Source: Rhizaria sp. SCN 62-66 (lineage: Eukaryota). Taken from it: DNA of 32,001 nt. The stretch is from positions 1 to 32,001 of the forward strand of contig MEDY01000347.1 in assembly GCA_001724265.1 (NCBI GenBank), read 5' to 3'. Positions within the stretch are counted from its first letter, which is position 1, and every line of letters starts with the position of its first letter. The notes under the pieces were generated by a model. It made no database searches, had not been told where the DNA came from, and saw only the letters and a program-made list of their open reading frames with translations. Positions 1 through 12,600 of this stretch are shown one piece after another. A program made the position numbers and the translations under genes.

Positions 1-2
1 CG

Positions 3-128
3 ACCGAGTTCTCCCGCACCCGCAAGGGCATCACCACCACCATCGACCAGCTCAAGGGCAAGCTCAACGAGCTTAAGGGTGTCAAGGCCCCCGCCAAGCC
101 CGCCGCTGCTCCCGCCAAGAAGTTCTAA
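3..128 (+). CDS. 3' end of an unidentified protein-coding gene (partial; ...TEFSRTRKGITTTIDQLKGKLNELKGVKAPAKPAAAPAKKF*)
   Basis: Open frame from the window edge with strong C/G-ending codon bias (acc, gag, ttc, cgc, aag, ggc), ending at TAA 126-128 and followed by lower-GC UTR-like sequence. Product not recognised. Confidence 0.7.
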   Translation, partial: TEFSRTRKGITTTIDQLKGKLNELKGVKAPAKPAAAPAKKF

Positions 129-679
129 ATTGGCTGTCACGTCGTTGCCGTCGTTGATGCTGGTGTGTAGTAGTCGATATGAGTCTTGTTCCCGCTCTAG
201 CAGCGAGACAAGCAGTAGTGGAGCGCTGCTCCTCATCCTAAGTGTGGTTATGACATACGTTGTCCCGTCTTCCTTTGCCAGGCGGCGCGTGCGAGATGCA
301 TAACTAGCGCCCAAATACAGAACCATAGTTCTCTTCATTCCTCATCATGTCATCTATTTTACTCCGCCGTCCTATCTTGAACTATTTTTTCTCGTCAAGA
401 GTGCTGTTGCTATACTAGCTGGAGGGCTGACGCTTTATGGACCTCAAAACGGCCTTCATTTTTGACTTGTTTCTTCCCATATACACCACATATGCTTATT
501 TCGAGTCATATTATTTTGAATTATTATACAATCTCACACTGTAATTACTACTCTATATTTTTAGTTTCGCTGACGGTTATACCGCTTCTCTAGCGCCCTC
601 CGACGCACCTTGGCAGCTCGAAATCTCGTTTAGTGGCCCTTCCTTTCCCCCCGCTTCCCGCGGCTCCAGCGGTGCCCCC

Positions 680-3600
680 ATGCAGCGCGGACTCGGCAGT
701 CCTTCCGACGCACCCGCGCCGGGCCTGGAAAAATCCGCCGCGCCGCGTTCCGCGGCCGCCCCGGTCTCCGCCGCCGGTCCCAGCGGCCCCGTCCCCGCGA
801 CCGTGAGCTCGACCGTGAGCGCCGCCGCGCCGCTTCCCGCCCCCACGGCGGCCGTGGCGCACGCCTCGCCGGCACTGCTGAAGCTGGCCTCGACCGCGTC
901 GTCTGTGGGCGCCGGCTCGGCCCCGCAGTCGACGCGCAGCCCGCAGGCCTCGCCGACGCAGAGCAGTGTCAGCCGACACAGCAACTCGAACACCCACGTT
1001 GCTGTGTCAGTTCCTGGTCCTGCTGCTGCTTCAACAGTTGCGAGCGCGAGTGCCGGTGCTGCCGGTGTGGGCCCGACTGCGTTTTCGTTTGCGAATCGCG
1101 GCTCAACACCGGCCCTCACGCCGTCATCGTCGTCCGTGCAACAGCCGCAACAGCCGCAATAGCCGCAACATCACAGTGCCATTGCATTCGCGCCTATGCT
1201 CAACGCCAACACCGCGTATAATAGCGGTAGCGCGCACGCCAGTGCGAGTGCGAACGCTCCCGTGTCTGTTACCGGCAGCCACAGTAGCGCGAGCAGTCGC
1301 CTTGCAGCGCCTCCGAGCCAGAGTCCGAGTCCGAGCTTGAGCGCACACAACGCCCACTCCAAGACTCAGTCTCAGTCGCAGGCACAGGCACCGAGTGCAC
1401 AGCAGCAGGGCCAGGGGCGGACACAGAGGCCGAAGCAAGCGCGTCCTGTGTCTGCTGCCCACGGTCACCCTTCTACATTTGCGGCTGCTGCGTCTGCGTA
1501 CGGCAACGGGTCTTACTAGCACTCGGGGTATCACCCGAGCTATGCGCAGAGCAGTGGCGGCAACGGCGGCGACTACGCGGCCGACATGTACAGCCAGCTG
1601 ACGCCTCTGTACGCGGACGCCGATGCTGACGCGGCACACACGGGCGCCGCCAGCGCAACCGCGTACGGCAGCGGCGACTACGGCGGCTACACCGCTGGCT
1701 ACGGCCATAGTGCTTTGGGCGGGTTTTACGGCAACAGCAGCAGTGCCATGGACAGCAATGCGATGCATAACATGAGTCTCGGCTACGGCGGAGGGTATCC
1801 GTATGCTCACAGTCAGACTGCGACAGGAGTGCCGAGTGCGTACAACGCCCACGGCGGCGGTTATGCGATGAACATGCACGATATGAGCATGGGCGCGTAC
1901 CCGGGCTACGCTAACGGCTACTACGCCCACGGTCACTCCGCTGCCCACGGCCACTACGGACCGATGCCGGGCGCCAGTGCCGCCGGCCCCGTCCCCGCCG
2001 CATCGGCCGGCCATGGCCCCGGCCCCGGCCTCAGCAGCCTCGGCAGCCTGGGCAGCTTGGGCGGCCTCTCCGGTCTCGAGAGCGCCCCGACCGGGGTCTC
2101 GGCGCCGCCGGAGCCGCTCGCGGTGGTGTTCATTCCGGGGCTGGGCCACGTCAGCACTGCTGCCCTCACGGACGCCAGCGCGGCCTCGAGCACCGGCCCC
2201 CGCAGCGCCGCCACCGCGACGAACCTGGCCGCGGGCGGTTTCGCGCGGGACGCCGCGGCGAGCCGGGCCGACGGCAGCCCCGCCAGCGTGGGCGACTCGG
2301 CCGTGGCCGTGGGCGTGTCCGAGAGCGTGTCTGAGAGCGACAGTGGCGCCAGCAGTGGCCCGAGCCTGCCTGCGCCGCTAGCGCAGCCGCAGACGAGGGC
2401 CGGGGCGGGTGCGGCGAGTCGCGGCGCCGCGGCCAACACGGGCGCCTACGGTCACTCGCTGCGCGGACCTCTTCTCGCCCACAGCCACGCACATAGCCAC
2501 AGCTTCGACTACGACAGCGGGGTTGGCTTCGACCACGGGTCTCCGCACTCGACCACCCGTTCTGTGGCTCAATCTGCCTCCCAGTCTCTGACTCAGCAAC
2601 AGCAACAGCAACAACAACAGCAACGCGGACTGGGTCAGTTCTCGCAGGGCTACGCGCAATACCCCGTGCACCCCGGTATGTACCCAGGTCACTATGCACA
2701 CGCCGCGAACAGCAGCAGCAACGGCGGCAATTGGGGCCCGTACTATCAGCAGAGGCCGCCGCACGCCCCGCTGCCTCACTCTGTTGCGCACTCGGTCGCG
2801 CACTCGATAGCTCAGTCTCAGTCTCAGTCTCAGTCAGTGGCCAACTCGGCGACTCCGTCTCGATCACAGTCGCGGGCGCCGTCAGCTGCGCCCTCTCGCG
2901 GGCCGTCTCGCGCACCTTCGCCGGCCCCCAATGCAACCGCTACAGGGGCGAATGCCAACATTGCCGCGAATGCGAGTTCAGCTGCGACCGCTCCCAACAA
3001 GCCAGTCTCCAACAGCACCAACAACGCTAATGCTGGTAATACAGGCGCTGGTCTTGGCCTTTCCCTGTCACTGTCCCGGGCCGCGTCGATGGCCCACTCT
3101 GCGGCGCACAGCCAGACCGGCGGCCTCCCGCTGAGCGCCGGGGCCAGCAACAGCGCGGGCGACGGCAGGGCCCCGTATCCCCACCCGCATCCGCTGGCGC
3201 TGGCGTATACGCGCGCCCAGTCCCAATCGCACATGCAGCTCGCGCAGCAGGGCGGCGGCTACGCCTCCACTGCGACCCTGCAACAGCAACATCAACAGCA
3301 GCATCAACGGCAATATCAGTTGCAACAGCAACAACAACAGCAGCAGCAACAGCAACAGAGGGTGCTTGGTGGCTACCCCAACAGTGGCAGCTTCACTGGC
3401 TACGCGCCTCAGCCCTATCCCAACAATGGCACGATGTACACCACCAATGGTGGCTTTGTCGGCACTGGGTACGGCTACGCCTACGCCAGCGGCTACGCAG
3501 GCGGGCCCCTCACTCCGGTCACTGCGAGCCTCTTCAACTACGCGAACCCCGCGTACTCCGCGGCGCACTCCGCGGCGCACTCCGCCACGCACTCTGTCGC

Positions 3601-6600
3601 GCACACGCCGCGGCACACGCCTGGCGTCACGCCGGCGCCGTCACCGGGCCCCGGCGCCGCCGCTGCTGGCGTCCTCCCGCCGCCGCTGCCGTTGCCTCAG
3701 CCGCAAGCGCAAGCGCAGGCGCTGCCGCCGCGGCCGCCTCAGACCAACCCTAACAACACCGGAGGCGTTGCGCCCGCCTCCGCGTCGCAGTCGATGCCGC
3801 TGTTACAGTCGCAGGCGCTTGCGCAGGCACTGGCTAATGGTGGAGGCAACAACATCTCCAGGGGCCCGCAAATGGCTTCTCTGCAGTCGTCCGTGTCTGC
3901 AGCGTCCTTGTCGTCATACGTGCTGCCGGCCCCCGGTGGCCTCACGGCGAGTGCTAGCGCGGGCCACAGTCACCCGGCCGGCGCTCCAGACGCAGGGAAC
4001 GACGGCTTCACTGCCCTCGCGGCCGCCGGCGGCGCCGTTAGCACGGGCGCCGCTGGCAGCGGAGTTGTGGCGCCCGACAGTGACCCCGCGACGCAGTACC
4101 GGCCGCGGTCTCGGTCGCGCTCGTGGTCGGGCGAGCCTGCTGTATGGATTGACCCTCAGGCTAGCAACAACAACAACAATAGCAATGCTAGAGCGCACAA
4201 TGCGAACGCGAATTTCGTCAGCGCGACCGCGAATGCGCCTGCCGCGACTTGCACCGTTGCTCCTGCTGCTGCTGTTGGTGCTGGTAACGATTCCGCTCGC
4301 GGTGGTTTACTGTCGTCGCTGCTGTCGTCTGTACAGTCGCGTGTTTCCGCCATTCTCGACACCAACAACGCCGGCAGTAATGCGACAAGCGGCGCCGCGA
4401 ACAACACATCTGACAACGCAGCTGCAACTTCATCTGCTGCTGCTGCTGCTGCTGTCGTAAAGGAGGGTGCCGCGACTGTTGCCGCATCGGCGACGACAGA
4501 GGACGCCGCCCTGCGCGGCGTTGTCCGTTCCCTCGCGCGGCCCCGCGCGGACTCTCTTTCCGACGGCGAGGGCGCCGCGGCCGCCGCCATCGCGGCCGCC
4601 GCGGCCTCTGCGCATCCTTTCGCCGCAAGCCCCGGCGGCGCGACGGCCGGCGGCGGCGGCGGCGCGACGGGCTCCTCCCGGCTGTGGCAGAAGCTGCTCC
4701 CGCTCGGCGGCCGCATCAAGGCCGCGGCGCGCCGCGCTGTGGGCTCCGCGGCGACGTCCTCGGCCGCCGCAGCGCTCGCCGCCGCGGCGCCCGTGTTTGC
4801 GCCGACCATCGCCGCGGCCGCGGCCGCGGCGGCAAGTCCGCCGACCGAGAGGGGCTCTCAGATCGCGGGCTCCGGCGCGAAAAACAACGCGGGCGACTCA
4901 AGTAGTGCTGCCGGAGTTACTGGCGCTGGCTCCGGCGACAGCGATCAGCAGACCGCAGACGCGCTCGTGGTCGGCATGGGGCAGGTGTTGCCGCTTGCGG
5001 GCACGCGTACCCTACCTCCCGGGCTGCTCGGCGCGCTGGGTTTAGACCGGGACTCGGCCTTCGCGAACCCTGACAGCCACGGCAGCCGCAGCCGGAGCTT
5101 CGGCGGCGGCGGCGATGACGAGAGCTACAGTCTGCGGGCCGCGTTCGCCGGTGCCGGCGTCGGGGTAGGCGGCAGGGGCCGGCGCAGGGGCCGCGGGCAC
5201 AGGCACAGGGGGCACTCCGCAGCCGCCGGTTCTAATGCGACGGGTGCTGGGGCCGCTGCGGATGCGAACGGGTCGCAGTCGCCGCTGAACTTGCAGTCAC
5301 ACTCACACTCTCACTCTCAGGCTCAGGCTCAGTCGCAACAGCCCCAGTCGCGTCCGCGGTCGCAGTCGCGCGCCAGCAGGGGCGGCAGCCGCAGCCGCGA
5401 GCGCAACAGCCACGGCGACACCGATTACTCGGACCACTCGTCCGACTACAGCGACTACAGCGACGACTACGACGACGAGGACGAAGAGGAGGACAGCTAT
5501 TACTACGACGACGACAGCAACGCCGGCGGCGCCAACGGCGAGGCCGCTCGCGTCGGCCGCCGGCGCCGCAGCAGCAGCAGCAGCACCAGCAGCAGCAGCC
5601 ACGGCACCAGCGGGCTCTACAGCATCGTCCGCGGCGGCGGGCCCGGCGGCGCGAACGCGCGCGGCCGCGCCCGCAACGGCGCCAGCGGCGGCCGCGGCGG
5701 GGGCCAACGCCCCGGCGCTGCTGCTAGCGGCAAGCGCGGTGGCGGCGGCGGCGGCGGTGGTGGGATTCGCAATGGCGGCGCGGGCAGCGAGCGCGCACGG
5801 CGCAGCTCGTCGTTCGACGATGAGGACTACTACGGCGACGGCGACAACTCGAGCGCGCTGTTGCGCGCATGCCAGTCGCTGCTGGTGCTGCTACCGCCGT
5901 GCTGCGCGTGGTGCATCCCGCACGCGGCCTGGCGGCGCCGCTCCTGGGGCCACACCCTGGCCGGAGTGGCCGTGCTGCTCCTGACGCTGGCATCTCTCCT
6001 GCTCTTCATCAAGTCCGTCGCGCGCATCGAGGGCGTGTCACTGGGCCCGCTCGCCGTCGACAACGCGCTCGCATGGTCACACCCGGAGTTCCAGGCCGTG
6101 CTGGCCGCCGAGGCGGTTGCTTTGGGTGCCAAACCCGCGCCCGTCGTTGCGCTTCCCCTCGCTCCGCCGCTGCTCGACGAGGGCGCGACCATCCCGCCCA
6201 ACACAGACGCTGACGCTCGCACGCGTGCTTCGATGATTGACTCAGGCGCTGTTGCTGGTGATGCCGCATCCGGCGTCGTGAGCGCGGTCAGCAAGCGCGT
6301 TTCGCCAGTGGCGTCGTTCATCTCGAGCTTTCTCACCGCTTCCGCTCCGGCCCGTCGCCTGCTGCCCCCGCCTGCCTCGGCCATCCTGCCGCCCGCGGCC
6401 CCCGTGCGGCGCCGCATGGTGCACCTGGACGTCACCGCGCTGGCCCCGACGCCGCGCCTGCTGCTGCAGCTTATCCCGCAGATCGCGCGCTGGGGCGCGA
6501 CGCACCTGCTCATCGACTGGGGCCCGCTGCTGCCATGGTACGGCGCCCTCGCGCCGGCCGCCGCGGCCGCCGGCGGGTTCTCGCGGGCCGACGTGCTCGC

Positions 6601-9600
6601 GGTGGCCACGGCGACCAAGCGCGCCGGGCTACGCCTGGGCATCGTACTGCCCGTGCTGACCGACGCAGGGTACTTGCTCAAAGCAGTGCCGGAGGCGCGC
6701 GAGCTAGCGAACGCCACGTTCGGCTTTACTGCAAACAATGACTACAGCAGGCGCCGCCGCCGGTCTAAGCGTCGCAACGGCAAGCAAGACTCAACACCTG
6801 GCTCTGGTCTTAGCGCTGGCTCTGCTGGCTCGACTGCGAGCAGTGCGACGGCGGCGACCGACGGCAGCGGCCTCGCGTGGCTGCACCGGCACCCCGGCAT
6901 GGCCGCCACACCCGCTCTGATCCCCGGGGGGCCGGGCCAGGCGCTCGTGGCCGAGGCGCTGAACCAGGCCCTGTCTCTGCACGGCGCGATCTACGTCGCC
7001 GAGGAGCACGCCAAGGCCGGCTGGGGCCGCAAGGACGAGGACGATTATTACAACACTGACGCTACGACCAGCGCCGCGTCGCCGTTGACTCACACGCAGG
7101 GCCAGACTGACGACACCGCCGCGCTCGCGCCCGACGCTGCGATTGCGGGCGCGCACAGCGAGTTCTCGTCCGCCGCCCGCACCGCCGCCGCGGCCGCTGC
7201 GGCCGGGGCGGGCGAGCTCTCCTCGGCGCCGCCGCGCGTTTGGAACGGGACACTGCTGCCGTGGGCACGGACGCGCGCCGAGCGCGAGGACCCCACGTCG
7301 CCGGCGCTGACCGTGCGGTCCCCGGCCGACGGCACGCTGCTGGTGCTGGTTCCCGCGGTGGACTTCGTGCACGTCGGCTCCTCGCGGCTGCCCGCTGTGC
7401 TCGCGCGCCCTGGCGCGTGCGTGTCCTGCTCCGCCCGCGGGCTCCCGGCCACCGAGATGGCCCTCGCGCGGTTCGCGGCCGTGGCGGCGCATCTGCGCAC
7501 CGAACACTCGCCGCGCGTGACGCCGCTGGTGTCGGACGACGGCGCGAGACTGTGGGAGACGGGCAGCCTCGAGGCATTGGCCGACGCCGGGTACAACCTC
7601 CACATCGCGAACCCGGACCCGCTGCTGCGCGGCCCGCCCTACGTGCTGCGCAACTACCTCTGGAACGGCTACCGCGCGCACTTCGCGCCGCACACGCTGT
7701 GGGGAGGCGCGGTCTACCGCGGCGCCGCCGGCGACGCCGAGCCGCTGGCGGACGCGGCGGCCGCAGCGGGCGCGGCGGCGGGCGCGGACCCCGCGGCGGC
7801 GGACGACAGAGAGGTTGAGCGTGTGCGCAGCGAGATCGCCAATCTCGCCAACAGCTACGCCGGGGTCAGCAGCGCGAGTGCCCAGAGCAGTGACATGCTC
7901 AACACTGCGGGCGCTGCTGGCGCTGGTGCTCATGCTGACGCTGTTTCCAATGGCTTCCCCGGTGCTGGTGGCTTTGTAAGAGACAACGTCGGAATCGACC
8001 CTATTGCTGCGTTGATGGCTGCAGCAGCTGTTGCCACTGACTCAGCAACGGCCGCCGCAGCCGCAGCCGCAATCAACAGCTACAGTCCCAACGATCAAAG
8101 CGACGATGCTGGCTTTTGTACCATCGAGCGCGAGCGCGCCTGCGACAACGACGGGGGTGCCAGCAAGAGCCCCGACTGGTGGCAGCGCTATGTGTTTGCC
8201 ACTGAGAGCTCGTGTCTCAATGCGAGCACGCGGAGCAGCCAGAGCTACAGCATTAGCTACAACTTCAACTACAGCTACAGCCGCACCCACGTCAGCTCAA
8301 ACAACGACGAGTACGAGACCGACACTATGACGACTACATCAGCGACGACCACGACGACGACGGTCACGTCGGCGACTCTTGTCCGCGGCGCGAGCCACGG
8401 GTTCCCGCTGTCCGACTGGCGGTCCGTCGCGACCGCGGCCGCCGCAGCCCCCGCCGCGCCCCGCGGCAGCGCCCCAACGCCCTTTGGCCCGCTCAAGGCG
8501 GTGGCGGCCGCACTGCGCCACACGGCGACCGACACGGACATCAGTATTGCTAACAGCAACTCCAACGCTGCCAGAACCAGCGTTAACGCCAACACGCGCT
8601 CAAAGTTGAAGAATGTTGCTCACCCCAGTTCTGTGTTATCCCAACAGCAACAACAGCAGGAACACGCGTTGGAATTGCCCCCGATCTATAGCGACGACTC
8701 GTCGGTCACTGCCCTTTTGGGCGACGTCCTCTCGCTGCCGCGCGCAATGGCGCCTTTCACGCTCTCGCTCACGGTCACCCTCGCACTCGGCGCCGACGCG
8801 GCCGCCATCGCGCGCGCCTCCGCATCGGCCGCCTCCGCTCCACCCGCGGGGTCTGCGGCGGGCGGCGGCAGCGGCAGCGGTGGCGGCGGCGGCGCGAGTG
8901 CGGCGGCACTGAACGGTGGCGCGCTGCCGCTGCTACCCGACATCGCCAAGCGCGTGTCGAACGCGCTCGCGTGGGCCCGCGTCGTGACGCGCGTCGGACT
9001 GGGCGGGATCGTGCTTATGGGGCCCGCGCGCGCCCCGCTGGCGCCGCTCGACGACGCGTACGAGTACCAGTACGAGCAGAGCAGCGAGTTCTTGCCTGAG
9101 AGCGTTCGCAGCAGCCTTGGCAACAACGACGTGTCCTCCAGTGCGGACGGTGATGACGGCTACTCCGCTGACAGCTACGATGATGACGACGACAATGAAA
9201 CGGAGGGTGACGACTCCATCGACTCTCATGCCGACAACAGTGCCGACAATAAATACGCTACCTCTCCCAGTCGCAGCCGTGGTCGCCCGACGCTCGTCCT
9301 CCCCCTTGCGCCCCCGCGCCCGCTGTCGGAGCCGCTGGCGGCCGCGCTGCCCGCGCTGGCGGCGTCGCTCGCGGCCCTGCGCGCGGGCCGCCTCCACGCG
9401 GAGACCCGCGACGGCGTCCTGCGCTCGCTGGGCTTCGCGCCGCTGAACCCCACCGCCGACGAGCTCGCGCTGTACAGCCGGACTGGCCGTCGCAGCGACC
9501 GTGCAGTCGCCACCGAAGCGTCGCCCGCGCTGCTGTCGGTCGAGGAGGCGACGACGGCGCCCGCGTTGTCGCTGCCGCCGCCGCTGCCGCTGCACTCGGA

Positions 9601-12600
9601 CCTGGCCGTGCTGCGGCCGCCGACGGACGCGCGCTGGCTGTCGGGCGTGCCCGCGCTGCGCTTCCCCGGCGCGCTGGTGCTGCGCGTGGCCGAGCAGCTC
9701 GAGGCGATCCGGCAGCACATCGCGGCCGTCGACGCCAAGCGCGCGATGCTGGCGCAGGCGCTCGTCATGACCATGGCCAAGGCGGCCACTGCGGCCGCGA
9801 CCGACTTTAACGTCGGACAAGACAGCAGTGCTGTGGGCGAGCTTGACAGCCGTGTCGAAGAGAATGAGGTCATCGTCGTCAACACAGTGAAGCCGAACCC
9901 GACTGCGCCTGCCAGTGGCACTAAGACTCCGCCGCGCCAACCGCCGTCGTCGCAGTCGCCCGCGGGCGTGTCCCCGGGCTCTCTGGCGACCACCGTGGCC
10001 ACGGTGGTTGCCATGACCGTCGCGGACCCCAGCCGCGCGGGCGGCGCGGTGCGGCGGCGCAGCCGGCCGCCGCCTGGCGCCAACGCGGGCCACTGGCTGA
10101 GCAAGATCTGGGACAAGCTGGCGGGGTCGGCGCAGTCGCTGCCGGGCTTCCCGGGCCTCTCATCTCTGGACGCCAGCGCTGCCGCGAGCAGCAACGCCAA
10201 CGCCGCTAACACGATTACTGCAGCGGGCAGTGCTGGCGGCGTTGGTAGCAGCGCAAACCCTGGCGTTACTCGGGAGTCAGCTGGGTCGGCGTCTGCACAA
10301 GATGTAAAGTCGGGGTCATCTGCCGATGCATCCGTCACGAACTCTGCTACAAAGCCGAGTGTTGATGGCTCGACTGCAACAGATAGTAGCAGTAGCGACG
10401 CAAATGCTGTTGCAACCGGTGCTAAGAAGTCGGAGTCTGCCACTGCGACGCAAGCCACTCCCTCAGCCTCTGGCGCTTCCACTGCATTGACTGCGACTGT
10501 CTCATCTGTTGACGTCGATGCGCTGCCCCCCGCCCTGGCCCCTCTGGGCCCGCTGGCGCCGCTGATCCGCCGCGAAGTCGCCGCCCTGGTCGCGCGCGCC
10601 ACTGCGCTGCGCCGCGCTCTGCAGACGCTGGCAGCATTCTCTACCGCGCGGCTGGCGCCGCTGCACTCGGTCACCGCCGTGGACGAGCTGTTCAAGGGCG
10701 TCGTGGGAGTGACTGCGAGCGAGATCGTCGCTCGGTCCCGCGTACAGTCGCATTCGCGGCCGCAGTCGCCTAAGTCACCAGTTGATGCCTTAACATCTAT
10801 CACCAAGGATGGAAATGGCAAGGGTGGCTCACCGGCGACTACTATTGACAAGGGTAAGAAGAAAAGCAGGAACAAGAGCAATAATAGCAAGACCAAGGAC
10901 AATGCTTTAATCGAAACTACGATGAAGGACATTGATGTAAGTTCAAGCTCCGCTTTGCCTGATGGTGCAGCTGACACACTGACTCAGACGAGGATCAAGA
11001 CAATGACGCCCTCAAAGACTACGCCTGAGTCCCAAGCCAAGTCTGACACGGACACTGACGCTGCATCTGACGCTGACAACGAGAGTGCTGCTGAGAGAGA
11101 CTCTGCCGTTGCTAACGACGCAACGCCTATCAATGCCGCAGAGTCATCATCTGATGCGACCACCAGCTCTGCTGCCACCGCCCAGCCGAACGCCACTGCT
11201 GCCGCCGCGACGAGCCCTGTCATCAGCGCGAACCTCGTCGCCCTCGGCACCGCCAAGCGCATCGCGGCCTCGCTCGCCACCGCCGCCGCCGAGGCCGCCT
11301 CCGCCTCCGCCTCCGCGTCGCCCTCGTTCTTCCCCGGCGTCTCCGGCGCCAGCGGCGGCACTGCGGCCGCCGCCACGGGCGCCGCGGAGCCCGACGTGGA
11401 GGCGGACGCGGGGGCCGGGCTGGGCTCGGTCTGTGACTGGCTGCCCGAGTGGGTCCCCGGCTGCCACAGCGACGAGGATGTTAACGCCGACGAGGGGAGC
11501 ATCGACGCGACGCCTGGCGAGGCTTCTAATCCCGCGGATGCCAATGCGGTCAGCGCTGCCAACGCCGTTGCGGCCGCGGCTGCGGAATCGATGCTGCTTG
11601 AGTCATTCGCAAAGAGCATGGACGCCGCTGCGGGCTCTAACTCCCGCACTCGCCCCGGCTCAAGTTCTAGCTCGAGTGGCCGCACTGGCGTCAGCTCCAC
11701 CGGTGTCCCCGTTCCTGTTCCTGTCCCGACTTCCCCCGTGCCCAGCAGCGTCTCTAGCGCCGCCAAGTCGCCCCGCGTCGGCAGCGGCGGCAACGGCATC
11801 TCGCTGCACACCGTGATCCTCATCTCGGGCGCGCTCTTCGCGCTCATCGTCGGCATCCCGCTCGCGCGCCTCGCGATGGCCTCACGCTGCGCGCACGCGC
11901 TCGCGCGCCGCGGGCTTCTGCCGCGCTGCTGCGTGCTCGCACCGAGCTCGGACGCGCGCTTCCCGCTCAACGCCAGCGGCGGCGGCAACGGCGACGACGA
12001 CGGCGACGACGACGACGGCGACGAGACCGGCGACGGCGATGGCGGCGCTGGCGGCGATGGCGCGAGCGCGGTTGCGCCGGTGCGGTTGCTCGCTTTACGC
12101 GAGCGCGAGCGCGATGGGCACCGCCAGCTCAGCACGCGCAACAGCAGCAACGCGAGCGCGCGCGCAAACGGGTTCGAGCTTGACCTCAGTGACAGCGACA
12201 CGCAGAAACATCAGCAGAAGCAGCACCAGGGCGGCGCACAGTACACCGTCGACGGCTCTGATGCCGGCGCTGCTATCAGCGTGGGTGGCAACCGCGAGTC
12301 GCCTGTCAGCGCTGAAGAAGAGGCCGCTGCGGTCGCAGTTGGCAAGCTTCTGACCGACTCGACACCGTCGATGTACAACAATAGCGTCAATGCCGGCGAC
12401 ACAGTGTTTGTTACTGGCAGCGCGGGCGCTCACATCGCAGCCATTTCTGCACCGTCTCTCACAAACTCAGGCTCTGGCTCCGGCTCCGCTTTCGGCACCG
12501 GCGCCGGCTCAGGCTCTGGCTCCGGTTCGGGTCCCATTGCCGCCGCGGCGGGCGGGCGCACCGCCACGAGCAGCAACTTTACTATGACCTACGGCGGCAA

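Noticed and set aside
437-564. Upstream exon from ATG 437 joined through a 24-nt GT-AG mini-intron (541-564) to the giant ORF
   Set aside because: It is frame-compatible, but 437-540 is AT-rich with non-genic codon usage and the other introns are at least 144 nt. It cannot be supported without cDNA.
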